Source: an uncultured delta proteobacterium (GTDB lineage: Bacteria > Desulfobacterota > Desulfuromonadia > Desulfuromonadales > JACZKF01). From it: a stretch of 64,000 nt of DNA. How positions within the stretch are numbered: position 1 is the first letter of the stretch; each line of letters starts with the position of its first letter. The notes under the pieces were generated by a model. That model had not been told where the DNA came from, did no database searches, and saw only the letters and a program-made list of their open reading frames with translations. Below are positions 35,298-45,834 of this stretch, in pieces. The stretch covers positions 64,001 through 128,000 of the forward strand of contig CAWFKQ010000008.1 of assembly GCA_963816395.1 (NCBI GenBank), written 5' to 3'. A program made the translations under genes and the position numbers.

Positions 35298-35705
35298 ATG
35301 AACAAGAAAACAGCTCTCCGCGCCGGCCGTGGCTTCACCCTGATCGAACTGCTGATCGTCATGACCATCATCGGCATTCTGGCCAGCATTGCCGTGCCGA
35401 GCTATCAGCGCAGCACGATCAAGGCCCGGGAGGCGGTCCTGATGGAGGACCTCTACCAGATGCGGCGCGCCATCGACGCCTATTTCGCCGATCATGCCAG
35501 CTACCCCGATTCCCTGGAGACGCTGGTGGAAACCAGATACCTGCGGGGAATTCCCCGGGACCCTTTCACCGGCACCGCCGATACCTGGAAGACCCTTTCC
35601 CCCGAGCCTGCCAGTGAAGGAGAAGTGCAGGAAGGGAACGTTTTCGATGTCGCCAGCGGCAGCAATCTGGTCGGCCTGAACGGCATTCCGTATAGCGAGT
35701 GGTAG
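35298..35705 (+). CDS. Pseudopilin (OxpG-like)
   Basis: Prepilin motif G|FTLIELLIVMTIIGIL; 'YLRGIPRDPFTG'; C-terminal YSEW. Confidence 0.9.
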   Translation: MNKKTALRAGRGFTLIELLIVMTIIGILASIAVPSYQRSTIKAREAVLMEDLYQMRRAIDAYFADHASYPDSLETLVETRYLRGIPRDPFTGTADTWKTLSPEPASEGEVQEGNVFDVASGSNLVGLNGIPYSEW

Positions 35706-35708
35706 ACG

Positions 35709-36371
35709 ATGATCCAGCTTTTCAATGTCAGCAAGGCATATCAGAAAGATTCGGCCGCCCTGGCCGATATCAGCCTGAAGGTGGCCAAGGGGGATTTCGT
35801 CTATCTGACCGGCGCTTCCGGCGCCGGTAAATCAACGCTGCTCAAGCTGCTGTTCGGTGCCGAGAAGCCAAACCGGGGGCAGATCCTGATCAATGGCCAG
35901 AATCTCACGCGCATGGTCGCCCGCATCCCTCAGCTGCGCCGACGGATGGGGATCGTCTTTCAGGATTTCAAGCTGCTCAATCGCCGCACCGTTTTCGAGA
36001 ATGTCGCCTTCCCCCTGGAGGTGCAGGGGAAAAAACGCTACGAGATCAGCAAAAAGGTCTATCAGACCCTGCAGCAGGTAGGACTTGAACACAAGCTGCA
36101 GCGACACCCCCTGGAGCTCTCCGGCGGCGAGCAGCAGCGGGTAGCCATCGCCCGCGCCCTGGTGGTCGATCCCCTGGTGCTGCTTGCCGATGAGCCGACC
36201 GGCAACCTCGACCCGGAAGTGGCCCTGGAAATCATGGAACTGTTCAAGATGGCCAATGCCCGGGGCTCGACCGTGGTGCTGGCCACCCATGACCGGGAGA
36301 TGATCCGACGTTTTCCCCGCCGGGTGGTCACCCTCGATGGAGGGTGTCTGGTCGATGATCGAACGCCCTGA
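35709..36371 (+). CDS. ftsE: Cell division ATP-binding protein FtsE
   Basis: GASGAGKST, VFQDFKLL, LSGGEQQRVAIARA, ADEPTGNLD. Confidence 0.95.
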   Translation: MIQLFNVSKAYQKDSAALADISLKVAKGDFVYLTGASGAGKSTLLKLLFGAEKPNRGQILINGQNLTRMVARIPQLRRRMGIVFQDFKLLNRRTVFENVAFPLEVQGKKRYEISKKVYQTLQQVGLEHKLQRHPLELSGGEQQRVAIARALVVDPLVLLADEPTGNLDPEVALEIMELFKMANARGSTVVLATHDREMIRRFPRRVVTLDGGCLVDDRTP

Positions 36372-36416
36372 TGGCGGCCGACTTCTCCCGCGGCAGTTGT
36401 CCCTACGAGGTGAAGA

Positions 36417-37313
36417 GTGTTTGAACGCCCTGTCTACATGCTCCGCCGGGCTTTGCGCAACATGCGCCAGAGTCCGATGCTCTGCAGCGCCGCCATCGGC
36501 ACGGTGACGGTCTCCCTGGTCATTCTCGCCTTTTTCGCCCTGATCGTCCTGAATGTCCAGCAACTGACCAGCCACTGGAGCCGTGAAATCCAGGTCACCG
36601 CCTACCTCGACCAGGTCCCGGATGATGCTACCCTGCAGCAATGGATGGGCGAGATCCGGCATCGGCCGGAAGTGGCGGGAGTCGCCTTCGTCTCCCGGCG
36701 GCAGGCCCTCGAGCGCTTCCGCCAGAGACTGAAAGGGGATGCCGACCTGCTGGACGGGCTCGATCCGGAGGTGTTGCCGGCTTCCCTCGAAATCACCCTG
36801 ACCGAAGCCAGTCGCTCGCGCCAGGGGGTGGAGGCGGTGGTTGCAGCCCTGAAGCAGAACCCGCACCTCTCGGATCTGCGCTACGGCCAGGACTGGCTGG
36901 AGCGGTTCGAGGCCTTTCTCGGCCTGCTGCGCCTGGCCGGCGCCGTCCTCGGCGGCTTTCTCCTCTTCGCCGCCCTGTTCATCGTCTCCAACACCATCAA
37001 GCTGACCCTCTATGCGCGGCGGGATGAACTGGAGGTGATGGCCCTGGTCGGCGCCACCCCCCTGTTCATCAAATTACCTTTCCTGCTGGAAGGGGCGATC
37101 CAAGGGGTCTTCGGCGGTGCCCTGGCGCTCGGTGGGGCTTTCCTGCTCTACCGGCTGTTCCTTCAGCAGGGGCTGCAATCGGTGCTGCTCCTCTCCGGGC
37201 TGGGCGGAGTTCATTTCCTTCCCCCCGGCTACCAACTGGCATTGCTGGCGGCCGGGGCACTGCTCGGGCTGTTCGGCAGCCTCCTCTCCCTGCGCAAACT
37301 GGTCAGGATTTAG
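36417..37313 (+). CDS. ftsX: Cell division permease FtsX
   Basis: Four-TM layout; 'VSNTIKLTLYARRDELEVMALVGAT'; follows ftsE. Confidence 0.93.
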   Translation: MFERPVYMLRRALRNMRQSPMLCSAAIGTVTVSLVILAFFALIVLNVQQLTSHWSREIQVTAYLDQVPDDATLQQWMGEIRHRPEVAGVAFVSRRQALERFRQRLKGDADLLDGLDPEVLPASLEITLTEASRSRQGVEAVVAALKQNPHLSDLRYGQDWLERFEAFLGLLRLAGAVLGGFLLFAALFIVSNTIKLTLYARRDELEVMALVGATPLFIKLPFLLEGAIQGVFGGALALGGAFLLYRLFLQQGLQSVLLLSGLGGVHFLPPGYQLALLAAGALLGLFGSLLSLRKLVRI

Positions 37314-37317
37314 CGGG

Positions 37318-38473
37318 ATGGGACGGTCCGCCACCTTCCGTCTGCTTTTCCTGCTTCTCTTCGGTCTGCTGTCGGCGGTGAGCGCCCCGGCTGCCGGGGA
37401 CCTGAAGGAGAACCGCCGCCAGCTGGAGGAGATCCAGCGCCGGATCAACGAAACGGCCAGAACTCTCGAGGAGAAGCAAGCTGCGGCCCGGACTTTGAGA
37501 GACGACCTGCGGACGGTAACCCGGGAAGAGGCGCGGCTGCGAGAGAGAATTAAGGTCCTGCAGCGGGAAGCGGCTGGCTTGCAGACGCGCCTGGCAGCGA
37601 AGGAAGCGCAGCTGCAGGACCTGCAGGCCCAGTCCGCCCGGACGGAAGAACTGGTGCGCAAGCGGCTGGTGGCCCTCTACAAGGGTGGTCAGGGCGGTCC
37701 CCTGCGGCTGCTTTTCGCCGCCGGTTCGCCAGCCCGGATCACCGAGGATTATGATTACTTCGGGCGGATAGTCCGCCGCGACCGACAACTGCTGAACGAC
37801 TACCGGCAGCAATTGACCGAGCTTGAAGAGGCGCGGCGGCATCTGGCAGAACTGCAGCAGCAGCGCCAGGGGGCGCTGGCCGACCTGCAGGGGGACCAGA
37901 GGGAACTGCGCCGGACGGTGCGGCTGAAGGAGCAGCTGCTCGCCCGCACCCGGCAGGAGGAAAACGCCCTCAGTGATCAATTGGCGGAACTCAAGGAGCG
38001 GGCGGCCCGCCTGGGCGGCCTGATCAAAAAACTTGAATCGGCAAAAACCCGCGAGTATACTCAACTGACCGGGGCTTTTGCCAGCCAGAAAGGGCATCTG
38101 CCCTGGCCGGTCGCCGGCCGCATCCGGATCGGTTTCGGCACCTCCCGGCACCCCGATCTGGGCACACTGCACGACAGCCAGGGAATCGAGATCGAAATTT
38201 CCGGCGAACAGCCGGTCGCGGCGGTCTGGCCCGGGCAAGTGATTTTCGCCGACTGGTTCAAGGGTTTCGGCAATCTGCTCATCCTCGACCATGGAGAAGG
38301 TTTTTACACCCTGTATGCCCAGGCCTCGCGCCTGACCAAACGGGTCGGCGAACAGGTCAAGGGCGGCGAGGTCGTGGCTTTCTCCGGTTACGAGGAGGGG
38401 CGGGGCGCTTTATTTCGAGATCCGGCACCACGGCGTTCCCCTCGACCCGGCGCAGTGGCTCGCCAACCGCTGA
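37318..38473 (+). CDS. envC: EnvC-like murein hydrolase activator (coiled coil plus degenerate M23); frameshift near the 3' end
   Basis: Signal peptide, long coiled coil, 'LPWPVAG', 'GFGNLLILDHGEGFYTLYA'. Confidence 0.85.
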
Positions 38474-38500
38474 ATTTAACAGGGGATCGGAGAAAAACCG

Positions 38501-39829
38501 ATGCACAAAGGAAAACGTCCGACAGTCTTCATCCTGATGCTGGTGCTGGTTCTGCTCGGCTGGATTGCCACTTCCCGGCTCGATAGGCCGCTGAATGCCG
38601 AAGCCGCCACCCAGTACGAAGACCTGCAGCTGTTCACCGATGTCCTCTCCATCGTGCGCAAGAGCTACGTGGAGGAGGTGGATATGAAGAAGCTGGTATA
38701 CGGGGCGATAAACGGCATGCTGGCCGCTCTCGACCCGCATTCCTCCTTCCTGCCGCCGGATATGTACAAGGAGATGAAGATCGATACCAGCGGCGAATTC
38801 GGCGGCCTGGGAATCGAGATCACCCAGCGGGAAGGCATTCTGACCATTGTCTCGCCCATCGAAGATACGCCGGCTTACCGGGCCGGACTCCAGGCGGGCG
38901 ATCATATTCTCAAGATCGAGGATAAATTCACCAAGGACATGGGAATCATGGACGCGGTGAAGCTGATGCGCGGCCCCAAGGGTAGTCCCATTACTATTAC
39001 CATCATGCGGGATTCTTTTGAAAAGCCCCGGGAATTCACAATGGTCCGGGAGGTCATCAAAGTCAAAAGCATCAAGGCCAGGACCCTGGAGACCGGCTAT
39101 GGATACGTGCGCGTCGCCCAGTTCCAGGAAAGGACCGCCGAGGACCTGCATGCCGCCCTGGAGAGGCTGCGCAGTGAAAACGGCGGCACCCTGCGGGGGC
39201 TGATCCTCGATCTGCGTAATGATCCGGGCGGGCTGCTCGATCAGGCGGTCAAGGTAGCCGATACCTTCCTGGATGGCGGCCTGATTGTCTATACCGAGGG
39301 ACGGGAGGAAGGGTCCCGGATGAAATTCACCGCCCACGCCGCCGGTACCGAGCCTGTCTATCCTCTGGTCGCGCTGATCAATGGCGGCAGCGCCAGCGCT
39401 TCCGAGATCGTCGCCGGTGCCCTGCAGGACCATGGGCGGGCGGTCATCATGGGCACCCAAAGCTTCGGCAAGGGATCGGTGCAGACGATCATCCCGCTGA
39501 GCGATTCCTCCGGTCTGCGGCTGACCACGGCCCGCTACTACACCCCGAACGGCACCAGCATCCAGGCAAAGGGGATCACCCCCGACATCGAGGTTAAGCC
39601 GATGGAACTCAAGGAGCCGGAGAAGGGAATGAATTTCCGCGAAATCGACCTGCGCAACCATTTCGGACCCCAGAAGAAGGAAATTCAGGAGAAAAAAGCG
39701 GTGCCGGAGGAAAACAGCAATTTCCATCTGGATGGAGACGATCGGAACGATTACCAGTTGATGCGAGCCCTCGACCTGCTCAAGGGCTGGCAGATCCTGC
39801 AGGAAATCAATCATCACCCGGCGGCCTGA
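38501..39829 (+). CDS. ctpA: S41 carboxy-terminal processing protease
   Basis: LDPHS, PDZ, DLRNDPGGLL, SASASEIVAGALQD, FGKGSVQ. Confidence 0.95.
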   Translation: MHKGKRPTVFILMLVLVLLGWIATSRLDRPLNAEAATQYEDLQLFTDVLSIVRKSYVEEVDMKKLVYGAINGMLAALDPHSSFLPPDMYKEMKIDTSGEFGGLGIEITQREGILTIVSPIEDTPAYRAGLQAGDHILKIEDKFTKDMGIMDAVKLMRGPKGSPITITIMRDSFEKPREFTMVREVIKVKSIKARTLETGYGYVRVAQFQERTAEDLHAALERLRSENGGTLRGLILDLRNDPGGLLDQAVKVADTFLDGGLIVYTEGREEGSRMKFTAHAAGTEPVYPLVALINGGSASASEIVAGALQDHGRAVIMGTQSFGKGSVQTIIPLSDSSGLRLTTARYYTPNGTSIQAKGITPDIEVKPMELKEPEKGMNFREIDLRNHFGPQKKEIQEKKAVPEENSNFHLDGDDRNDYQLMRALDLLKGWQILQEINHHPAA

Positions 39830-39848
39830 GCCGCTCCATGAAAGGTCC

Positions 39849-39876
39849 CGGGGGGGCATGACGCCCCCCCTTTTTA
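39849..39876 (+). terminator. Hairpin with T tract after ctpA
   Basis: GGGGGGGC-ATGAC-GCCCCCCC followed by TTTTT. Confidence 0.55.
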
Positions 39877-39883
39877 CTGACAC

Positions 39884-41097
39884 ATGCCTCCCCGGAAAAA
39901 ATCCCGCAGCAGACGCCGGCCCGCCAAGCCACAGCGGGGCGGCCACCGCCTCAGGGTGGTGCTGGCCGCCCTTTTTGTGCTCGGCTTTCTGGTATCCAGC
40001 CTGGTATTTCTCTCCCACCTGCGGGAATCTCTGCAGAAGGAAAGCCTGGCACCAACGACTGCGACACCGGCTGCCCGCCAGCCGTTCGAAGTCGACCGAT
40101 CCTGCCGGCGCCCCAGGCGCCGAGCACCGACCCGGCGACCATCCTGGAGGATATCCGGGTGGAGGTGGAGAGCGCCCTGCTGCGCAGCGGGATGAACTTG
40201 CGCGACATCCAGCGGGGCGATCCGGCGGAGCAACCCTTGCGTATGGAGGTCCGGGGAGAATTCCCTCCCTCCGGGATTCTCAGCGATCTCGACCGCCGCT
40301 TGAACCGCATCGATCACGAAATCCGTCTGGAGAGCCAGCCGGCGGAGGGGCTGCTGCAGATTCTCTGGCGCGGGAAGCCCCGGATTCGCCTGCATTTCTA
40401 CCTCCCGACCTTCCGCTCGACGCCGGGGGCGCGCCCCCGCCTGGCCATTGTCATGGATGACCTGGGGCGGAATCTGGGGGTCGGTCGCGCTCTGCTGGCG
40501 ATCGACCTGCCGGTGACGCTCTCCATCTTGCCGGGACAGGCGCATTCCGCCGGCTTGGCCGAATTGGCGCATCGGCACGGTCGGGAGATCATGGTCCACC
40601 TGCCGATGGAACCGCAGGCGTATCCGGTCGCCGATCCGGGGAAAGATGCCCTGTTTGTCAACCTGTCGGCTGCCGAAATCCGCCGCCGGATGGAAAACTA
40701 CCTGCAGCAGGTGCCGTATGCGGTCGGGGGCAACAACCACATGGGTTCACGCTTCACGGAAGATCGGGCAGGGATGCAGGCGGTGCTGGGAGTGATAAAG
40801 GAAAACGGCTTCTTTTTCCTCGACAGCCTGACCACCGGGGAATCGATTGCCTACGCCGAGGCCCGCCGGGCGGGGGTGCCGGCGGCGGTACGGGATGTCT
40901 TCCTGGATAATGCGCCGGAAGTGGAGAAGATCGCCGGGGAGATCCGTCGGCTGGTGGCGGTGGCGAAACGGCGGGGGCACGCCATCGGTATCTGCCATCC
41001 CTATCCGGAGACTCTGGAGGCGTTGCGGCGCGAGGCTGCGGCCCTGCACCAGGCCGGGGTGGAACTGGTGCCGGTGGGGCAGCTGGTGGTCCGCTGA
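39884..41097 (+). CDS. Divergent polysaccharide deacetylase family protein (YibQ-like); frameshifted
   Basis: LAIVMDDLG, HLPMEP, NNHMGS, FFLDS, RDVFLDN, IGICHP. Confidence 0.9.
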
Positions 41098-41098
41098 T

Positions 41099-42503
41099 TC
41101 AAACCTTTTCCAGCAGTTGATCGGCGATACGGTCGGCGATCCGGCGGAAGCGGCGGTGCTCCTCTTCGTAGAGGATCTCTTCAGGGAAATCGGAACCGAC
41201 CCGGGCGATCAGAAGAAATTCGTCTCCCAATCGTCCCTCCTGATCGCTGAGAATCTTTTCCAGCAGCGGCAGGAGTCCGGTCTCCGCTTTCGCCCCGCTG
41301 CCGGCGGGCAGTTCGATGGTCTTGTGGGAAACCTCCAATCCCTCTTCATCGAAGCGGTAGAATGAAAGCTGCTGCTGGAAGAAATGGCGGGTGTGGGGAG
41401 CGCGGCGGAAGGCGAAATAGGAGCGCTGGGCCGATTCCCGGAAAAGTTCGCGTAACGGATCGCTGGCCGCCAGTTCCCGCCGGGAGCTGTAGAAATGCTG
41501 GAAAACCGCGTCGGTAAAGCATTCCTCTTCCAGATAGCCGCTGATCCGGCCATCCGAGGTCTCGCCGTAGTACCCGGCCGGGGCGATCCCTTCCGACTGG
41601 ACCAGTCCCCGGCCGCAGAGCAGGCATCCCGGCTGCAAGTCCCGCCCGGCGAACGCGAAAGGCCTGCCCGCGCTCCTGCAGCTGTCTGACCATAAGCTGC
41701 TGCACCTGCGCTAGCCTTCTGTCCGTCTCCTCCTGCGCCTCAAGATAGACCTGGCGCGCCAGGTGCGTCATCTGCAGATGAACCTCCGTTGCCCGCCCGT
41801 GGGTGAGAATCGGGTAGATCTTTCCCTCCGGGTTGGTGTTCAGGGATTCCACCTTGGGGCTCTTGGCGATATAACCCTCCAGACATCGATAGCCGCGATT
41901 GATGGCGGAGGCCTTGAGCAGCTGATACGGATCGCGGAACGGCCCCTGGTAGCGGATGCGGGAGTCGATCAGGCAGGGAAGAACCCGCAGGTGCCGGCGG
42001 GAAAGGCCCTGACTTTCGAAGTACTGATAAAGATGGCGGCAATTTTCCAGGGAGGGGGCATCCTTGACCGGCACGATCACCCGGTCGGCGGCATACAGAG
42101 CGTTGCGGGTGAAGATGTCGAGGTCCGGGCGAGTATCAATGATGATGATTCCGGAGAGGCCTCCCTCAGCCAGCGCCCGGGCCAGGGCGTCATCCCCCTG
42201 CAGTTGGTTGCGGATGGTGCCGAGATGCTGGCTGGAGGGGATGAACTGGACGCCGTATTCGCCCATCTCCACCAGGCTGTCCGGGCTCTTGCCGGCGAAC
42301 AGATCGAGGATGTCGCCGCCTTGCGGCAGCCGCCGTCCGATGCGGAACATTCGGTCGACGGAGAAGTGATTGTCGAAGCTGAACAGGGTTACCGGCAATT
42401 CCTCCCGGATCGCCTTCAGGTAGATGGCCAGGTTGGTGGCCAGGGTGGTTTTCCCGACCCCGCCTTTTTCGCTGGAGATAGTCACAATATAGGGTTGCGG
42501 CAT
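41099..42503 (-). CDS. ParA-family ATPase with C-terminal extension; frameshift near 41640
   Basis: Deviant Walker A SSEKGGVGKTT; IIIDTRP; C-terminal part (41099-41638) begins with GCLLCG. Confidence 0.8.
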
Positions 42504-42590
42504 GTTATTCTCCCTTCCTGCCAGAAGGGCCATATATAGGGAATTAACACGGTCCATGTCAACGATAAACCCCAACATATGGTAGCCGTT

Positions 42591-43790
42591 ATGTCTGCTG
42601 CACCACAGGTTCTCTCCGTCTCCCGGCTGACTGCCCTGCTGCGGGAAGTGGTGGAGGATAATTTCTTCCAGGTCCTGGTCGAGGGGGAAATCTCCAATTT
42701 CACCGTCGCTGCCTCCGGACACTGGTATTTCTGTTTGAAAGACGCAAACGCCCAACTCCGGGGGGTGATGTTCCGTACCCAAAGCCGGCTTCTCCCCTTT
42801 CGCCCGGAGAACGGCATGCACGTGATTGCCGGTGGCCGCCTCTCCATTTATTCGCAGCGCGGCGAGGTGCAGCTGATTGCCGATGTCCTGGAGCCGCAGG
42901 GGATCGGCAGCCTGCAGCTGGCATTTGAACAGTGCAAGGCCCGGCTGGCGGCAGAAGGGCTGTTCGACCCCGGGCGTAAGCGGTCCCTGCCGCCCTTCCC
43001 GCGCCGCATCGGGGTGGTCACCTCCGCCAGCGGGGCGGCCATTCACGATCTGCTCAACGTCCTCCGCCGCCGCTATGCCGGGGTGCGGGTGCTGCTGCGG
43101 CCGGTGCGGGTGCAGGGGGAGGGAGCGGCCGGCGAAATCGCCGAGGCGATCGCCGACCTCAACCGGTACGGAGGGATCGACGTGCTGATCGTTGGCCGCG
43201 GCGGCGGTTCCATGGAGGATCTCTGGGCCTTCAACGAGGAGATCGTAGCGCGCGCCATTCATGCCTCGGCCATTCCGGTGATCTCCGCAGTCGGCCACGA
43301 GGTCGATTTCACCATCGCCGATTTTGTTGCCGACCTGCGGGCTCCGACCCCGAGCGCCGCCGCCGAGTTGGTCGTGAAGAGCCGTCTGGAGCTGGAAAAC
43401 CACCTCGATCACCTGACCCAGCGCCTGGGGCACCGGCTGCGCGGCTGCCTGCGCCTGCTGGCGGAGCGGGTCAACAATCTGGACCGGCGCCTCCTCTCGC
43501 CGCGGCAGAAGCTGATCGACTGGCAGCGCCGGCAAGAGGAGTTGACCCGCCGGCTGCAGCTGGCCATGGAGCACCGCAGACAGCAGGCCGGGGGGCACCT
43601 GGCCACCCTGGCCGGCCGCCTGGATGCCCTCTCGCCGCTACGCACCCTGGAGCGGGGATATGCCATCGCCTTTGCCGAAAAGAGCGGCCGGGCTGTCCGC
43701 GATGCGGCAGAAATTGCCGTCGGCGACCACCTGCGTCTGCGCTTCTCCCGCGGCGGTGCCCGGGCCCTGGTTGCGGAGGTGGAGGAATGA
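42591..43790 (+). CDS. xseA: Exodeoxyribonuclease VII large subunit
   Basis: GEISNF, SGHWYF, RGGGSMEDLWAFNEE, AVGHEVD, APTPSAAAE. Confidence 0.96.
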   Translation: MSAAPQVLSVSRLTALLREVVEDNFFQVLVEGEISNFTVAASGHWYFCLKDANAQLRGVMFRTQSRLLPFRPENGMHVIAGGRLSIYSQRGEVQLIADVLEPQGIGSLQLAFEQCKARLAAEGLFDPGRKRSLPPFPRRIGVVTSASGAAIHDLLNVLRRRYAGVRVLLRPVRVQGEGAAGEIAEAIADLNRYGGIDVLIVGRGGGSMEDLWAFNEEIVARAIHASAIPVISAVGHEVDFTIADFVADLRAPTPSAAAELVVKSRLELENHLDHLTQRLGHRLRGCLRLLAERVNNLDRRLLSPRQKLIDWQRRQEELTRRLQLAMEHRRQQAGGHLATLAGRLDALSPLRTLERGYAIAFAEKSGRAVRDAAEIAVGDHLRLRFSRGGARALVAEVEE

Positions 43791-44671
43791 GCCGGTTGCT
43801 GCTCTGCCTTCTCCTGCTGTTGCCTTCGGCCGCTCTGGCCGCCGGGGAAATCTCCCTGGAGCCGTCGGCCATCGGCAGCGGCGGGGTTTGTCTGCTGCAC
43901 TGGCACGGTGCGCCGCCCGCCCGCGCCACAGTGCGCTTTCACGGAAGGGAATTTTCCCTCTGGCCGGCTGGCGACGGCGCCTTCGCCCTGCTTGGCGCCG
44001 ACCTCGAGCTGGCGCCGGGCACCTACCCGGTGACGGTGACCGGGACCGACCGCCAGGGCCACGATTTCGCCTGCAGCCAGCCGTTGCAGATCCGGGCCGT
44101 CGAACGGCCGGAGGAGCGCCTGAGCCTGCCGTCGGAAATGGTCTCGCCCCGGGATCCGGCGACCGTGCGGCGCATCATCCGGGAGCAGAAGATGCTGCAA
44201 CAGCTGTTCTCCGCCCCGGCTACTCCGCCGCTCTGGGACGGCTTCATGCGGCCGGTCGACAGCCGGCTGGGGAGCCGGTTCGGCCTGCGGCGCATCCTCA
44301 ACGGGGAACCCCGCTCGCCGCACCCCGGCATTGACTTCCACAGCCCGCGGGGAACGCCGGTGCGCGCGGCCGGCCGCGGCCGGGTGGTATTCGCCGGCGA
44401 GCTCTACTTTACCGGCCGGACGGTGATCCTCGATCACGGCGCCGGGCTCTACTCCCTCTATGCCCACCTGGAGCGGATGGCCTGCCGGTCCGGCGACCTG
44501 CTCGCGCGGGGGAGCATCCTGGGGAAGGTGGGAAGCACCGGGCGGGCTACCGGACCGCATCTGCACTGGGGATTCAAGCTGACCGGCGACCGGATCGATC
44601 CACTGGCCCTGTTGCAGATGTTTCCTATCGGCAAGGGCCTTGACTCCCCTCCGGGTGGAGGGAATAATTAA
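43787..44671 (+). CDS. M23 family metallopeptidase
   Basis: Signal peptide; HPGID; YAHL; TGPHLHW. Confidence 0.92.
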   Translation: MSRLLLCLLLLLPSAALAAGEISLEPSAIGSGGVCLLHWHGAPPARATVRFHGREFSLWPAGDGAFALLGADLELAPGTYPVTVTGTDRQGHDFACSQPLQIRAVERPEERLSLPSEMVSPRDPATVRRIIREQKMLQQLFSAPATPPLWDGFMRPVDSRLGSRFGLRRILNGEPRSPHPGIDFHSPRGTPVRAAGRGRVVFAGELYFTGRTVILDHGAGLYSLYAHLERMACRSGDLLARGSILGKVGSTGRATGPHLHWGFKLTGDRIDPLALLQMFPIGKGLDSPPGGGNN

Positions 44672-44692
44672 CAGGAATTCAAGAGGAAGAAG

Positions 44693-44923
44693 ATGGCAGA
44701 AGAGAAGGAATCATTCGAGGCGGCCCTGCAGGCATTGGAAGAAGCGGTTGCCTGCCTGGAACAAGGGGATCTTCCCCTGGAGAAATCGCTGCAGTGCTTC
44801 GAGGCGGGGGTGAAGAACGCCACCCTCTGCCGGCAATACCTGCAGGCGGTGGAAGCCCGGGTGGAAATGCTGCTGAAGGACCGTGACGGCACCTTGCGGG
44901 TAGAAAATTTCGAAGAGGAATAG
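44693..44923 (+). CDS. xseB: Exodeoxyribonuclease VII small subunit
   Basis: FEAALQALEE...LEQGDLPLEKSL...FEAGV. Confidence 0.93.
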   Translation: MAEEKESFEAALQALEEAVACLEQGDLPLEKSLQCFEAGVKNATLCRQYLQAVEARVEMLLKDRDGTLRVENFEEE

Positions 44924-44925
44924 GC

Positions 44926-45818
44926 ATGGATCTGAAGAACTACCTGAAGGAGCGCCAGGGTCAGGTGGATGGTGCGCTTTCCACCTACCTGCCGGGGGAA
45001 GAAATCCTGCCCGCCAGCCTGCACCGGGCGATGCGCTATTCGGTTTTCGCCGGCGGCAAGCGCGTCCGCCCCATCCTGCTGATCGCCGCCTGCGAAGCGG
45101 TCGGCGGCGAGATCGCGCTGGCGCTGCCAGCCGCCTGCGCCATGGAGATGATCCATACCTATTCGCTGATCCATGACGACCTGCCGGCGATGGACGATGA
45201 CGATTTCCGGCGCGGCCGCCCCACCAACCACAAGGTATTCGGTGAGGCCACCGCCATTCTCGCCGGCGACGCCCTGCTCACCGAGGCCTTCATTCTCCTG
45301 GCCGACGGGGAGATCAACCGGCGGCTCGCCCCGGCGACCAGCCGCGAAGTCATACACATCATCGCCCGCGCCGCCGGTTCCCTGGGGATGGTGGGGGGGC
45401 AGGTGGTCGACATGGAATCGGAGGGAAAAGCGATCGATTTCCCCACCCTCGAGTACATCCATACCCACAAGACCGGCGCCCTGATTCTCGCCAGCATCCA
45501 GGCGGGGGCGAAAATCGGCGGCGCCGATGCGTCGCCGCCTATGCCGCCCTCTGCCAGTACGGGGCCGCCGCCGGCCTGGCCTTTCAGATCGCCGACGATA
45601 TTCTGGATGTGGTTGGGGAACAGGAGCTGATTGGCAAGGACGTGGGCAGTGATCAGGCCCGGGGCAAGGCAACCTATCCGGCCCTGCTCGGTCTGGAGGA
45701 GGCGCGCGCCCGGGCCGCCGAGTTGCGGGACCGGGCCGTCGCTGCCCTGGCGCCGCTGGGAGCGGCGGCCGAGCCGCTGCGGCAGATCGCCCACTACATC
45801 GTCGACCGGTCTTCTTAG
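44926..45818 (+). CDS. ispA: Farnesyl diphosphate synthase; frameshifted near 45530
   Basis: [41 protein letters not shown]. Confidence 0.94.
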
Positions 45819-45834
45819 AGAAAGGAAGCGGAGC

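Noticed and set aside
34881..35705. Single 274-aa double-pseudopilin ORF
   Set aside because: It contains a second prepilin motif at 35298; two genes were joined by indels
41346..43598. 750-aa ORF extending ParA at its N-terminus
   Set aside because: The extension is the antisense shadow of xseA; the real start is ATG 42503 with a GGGAG RBS
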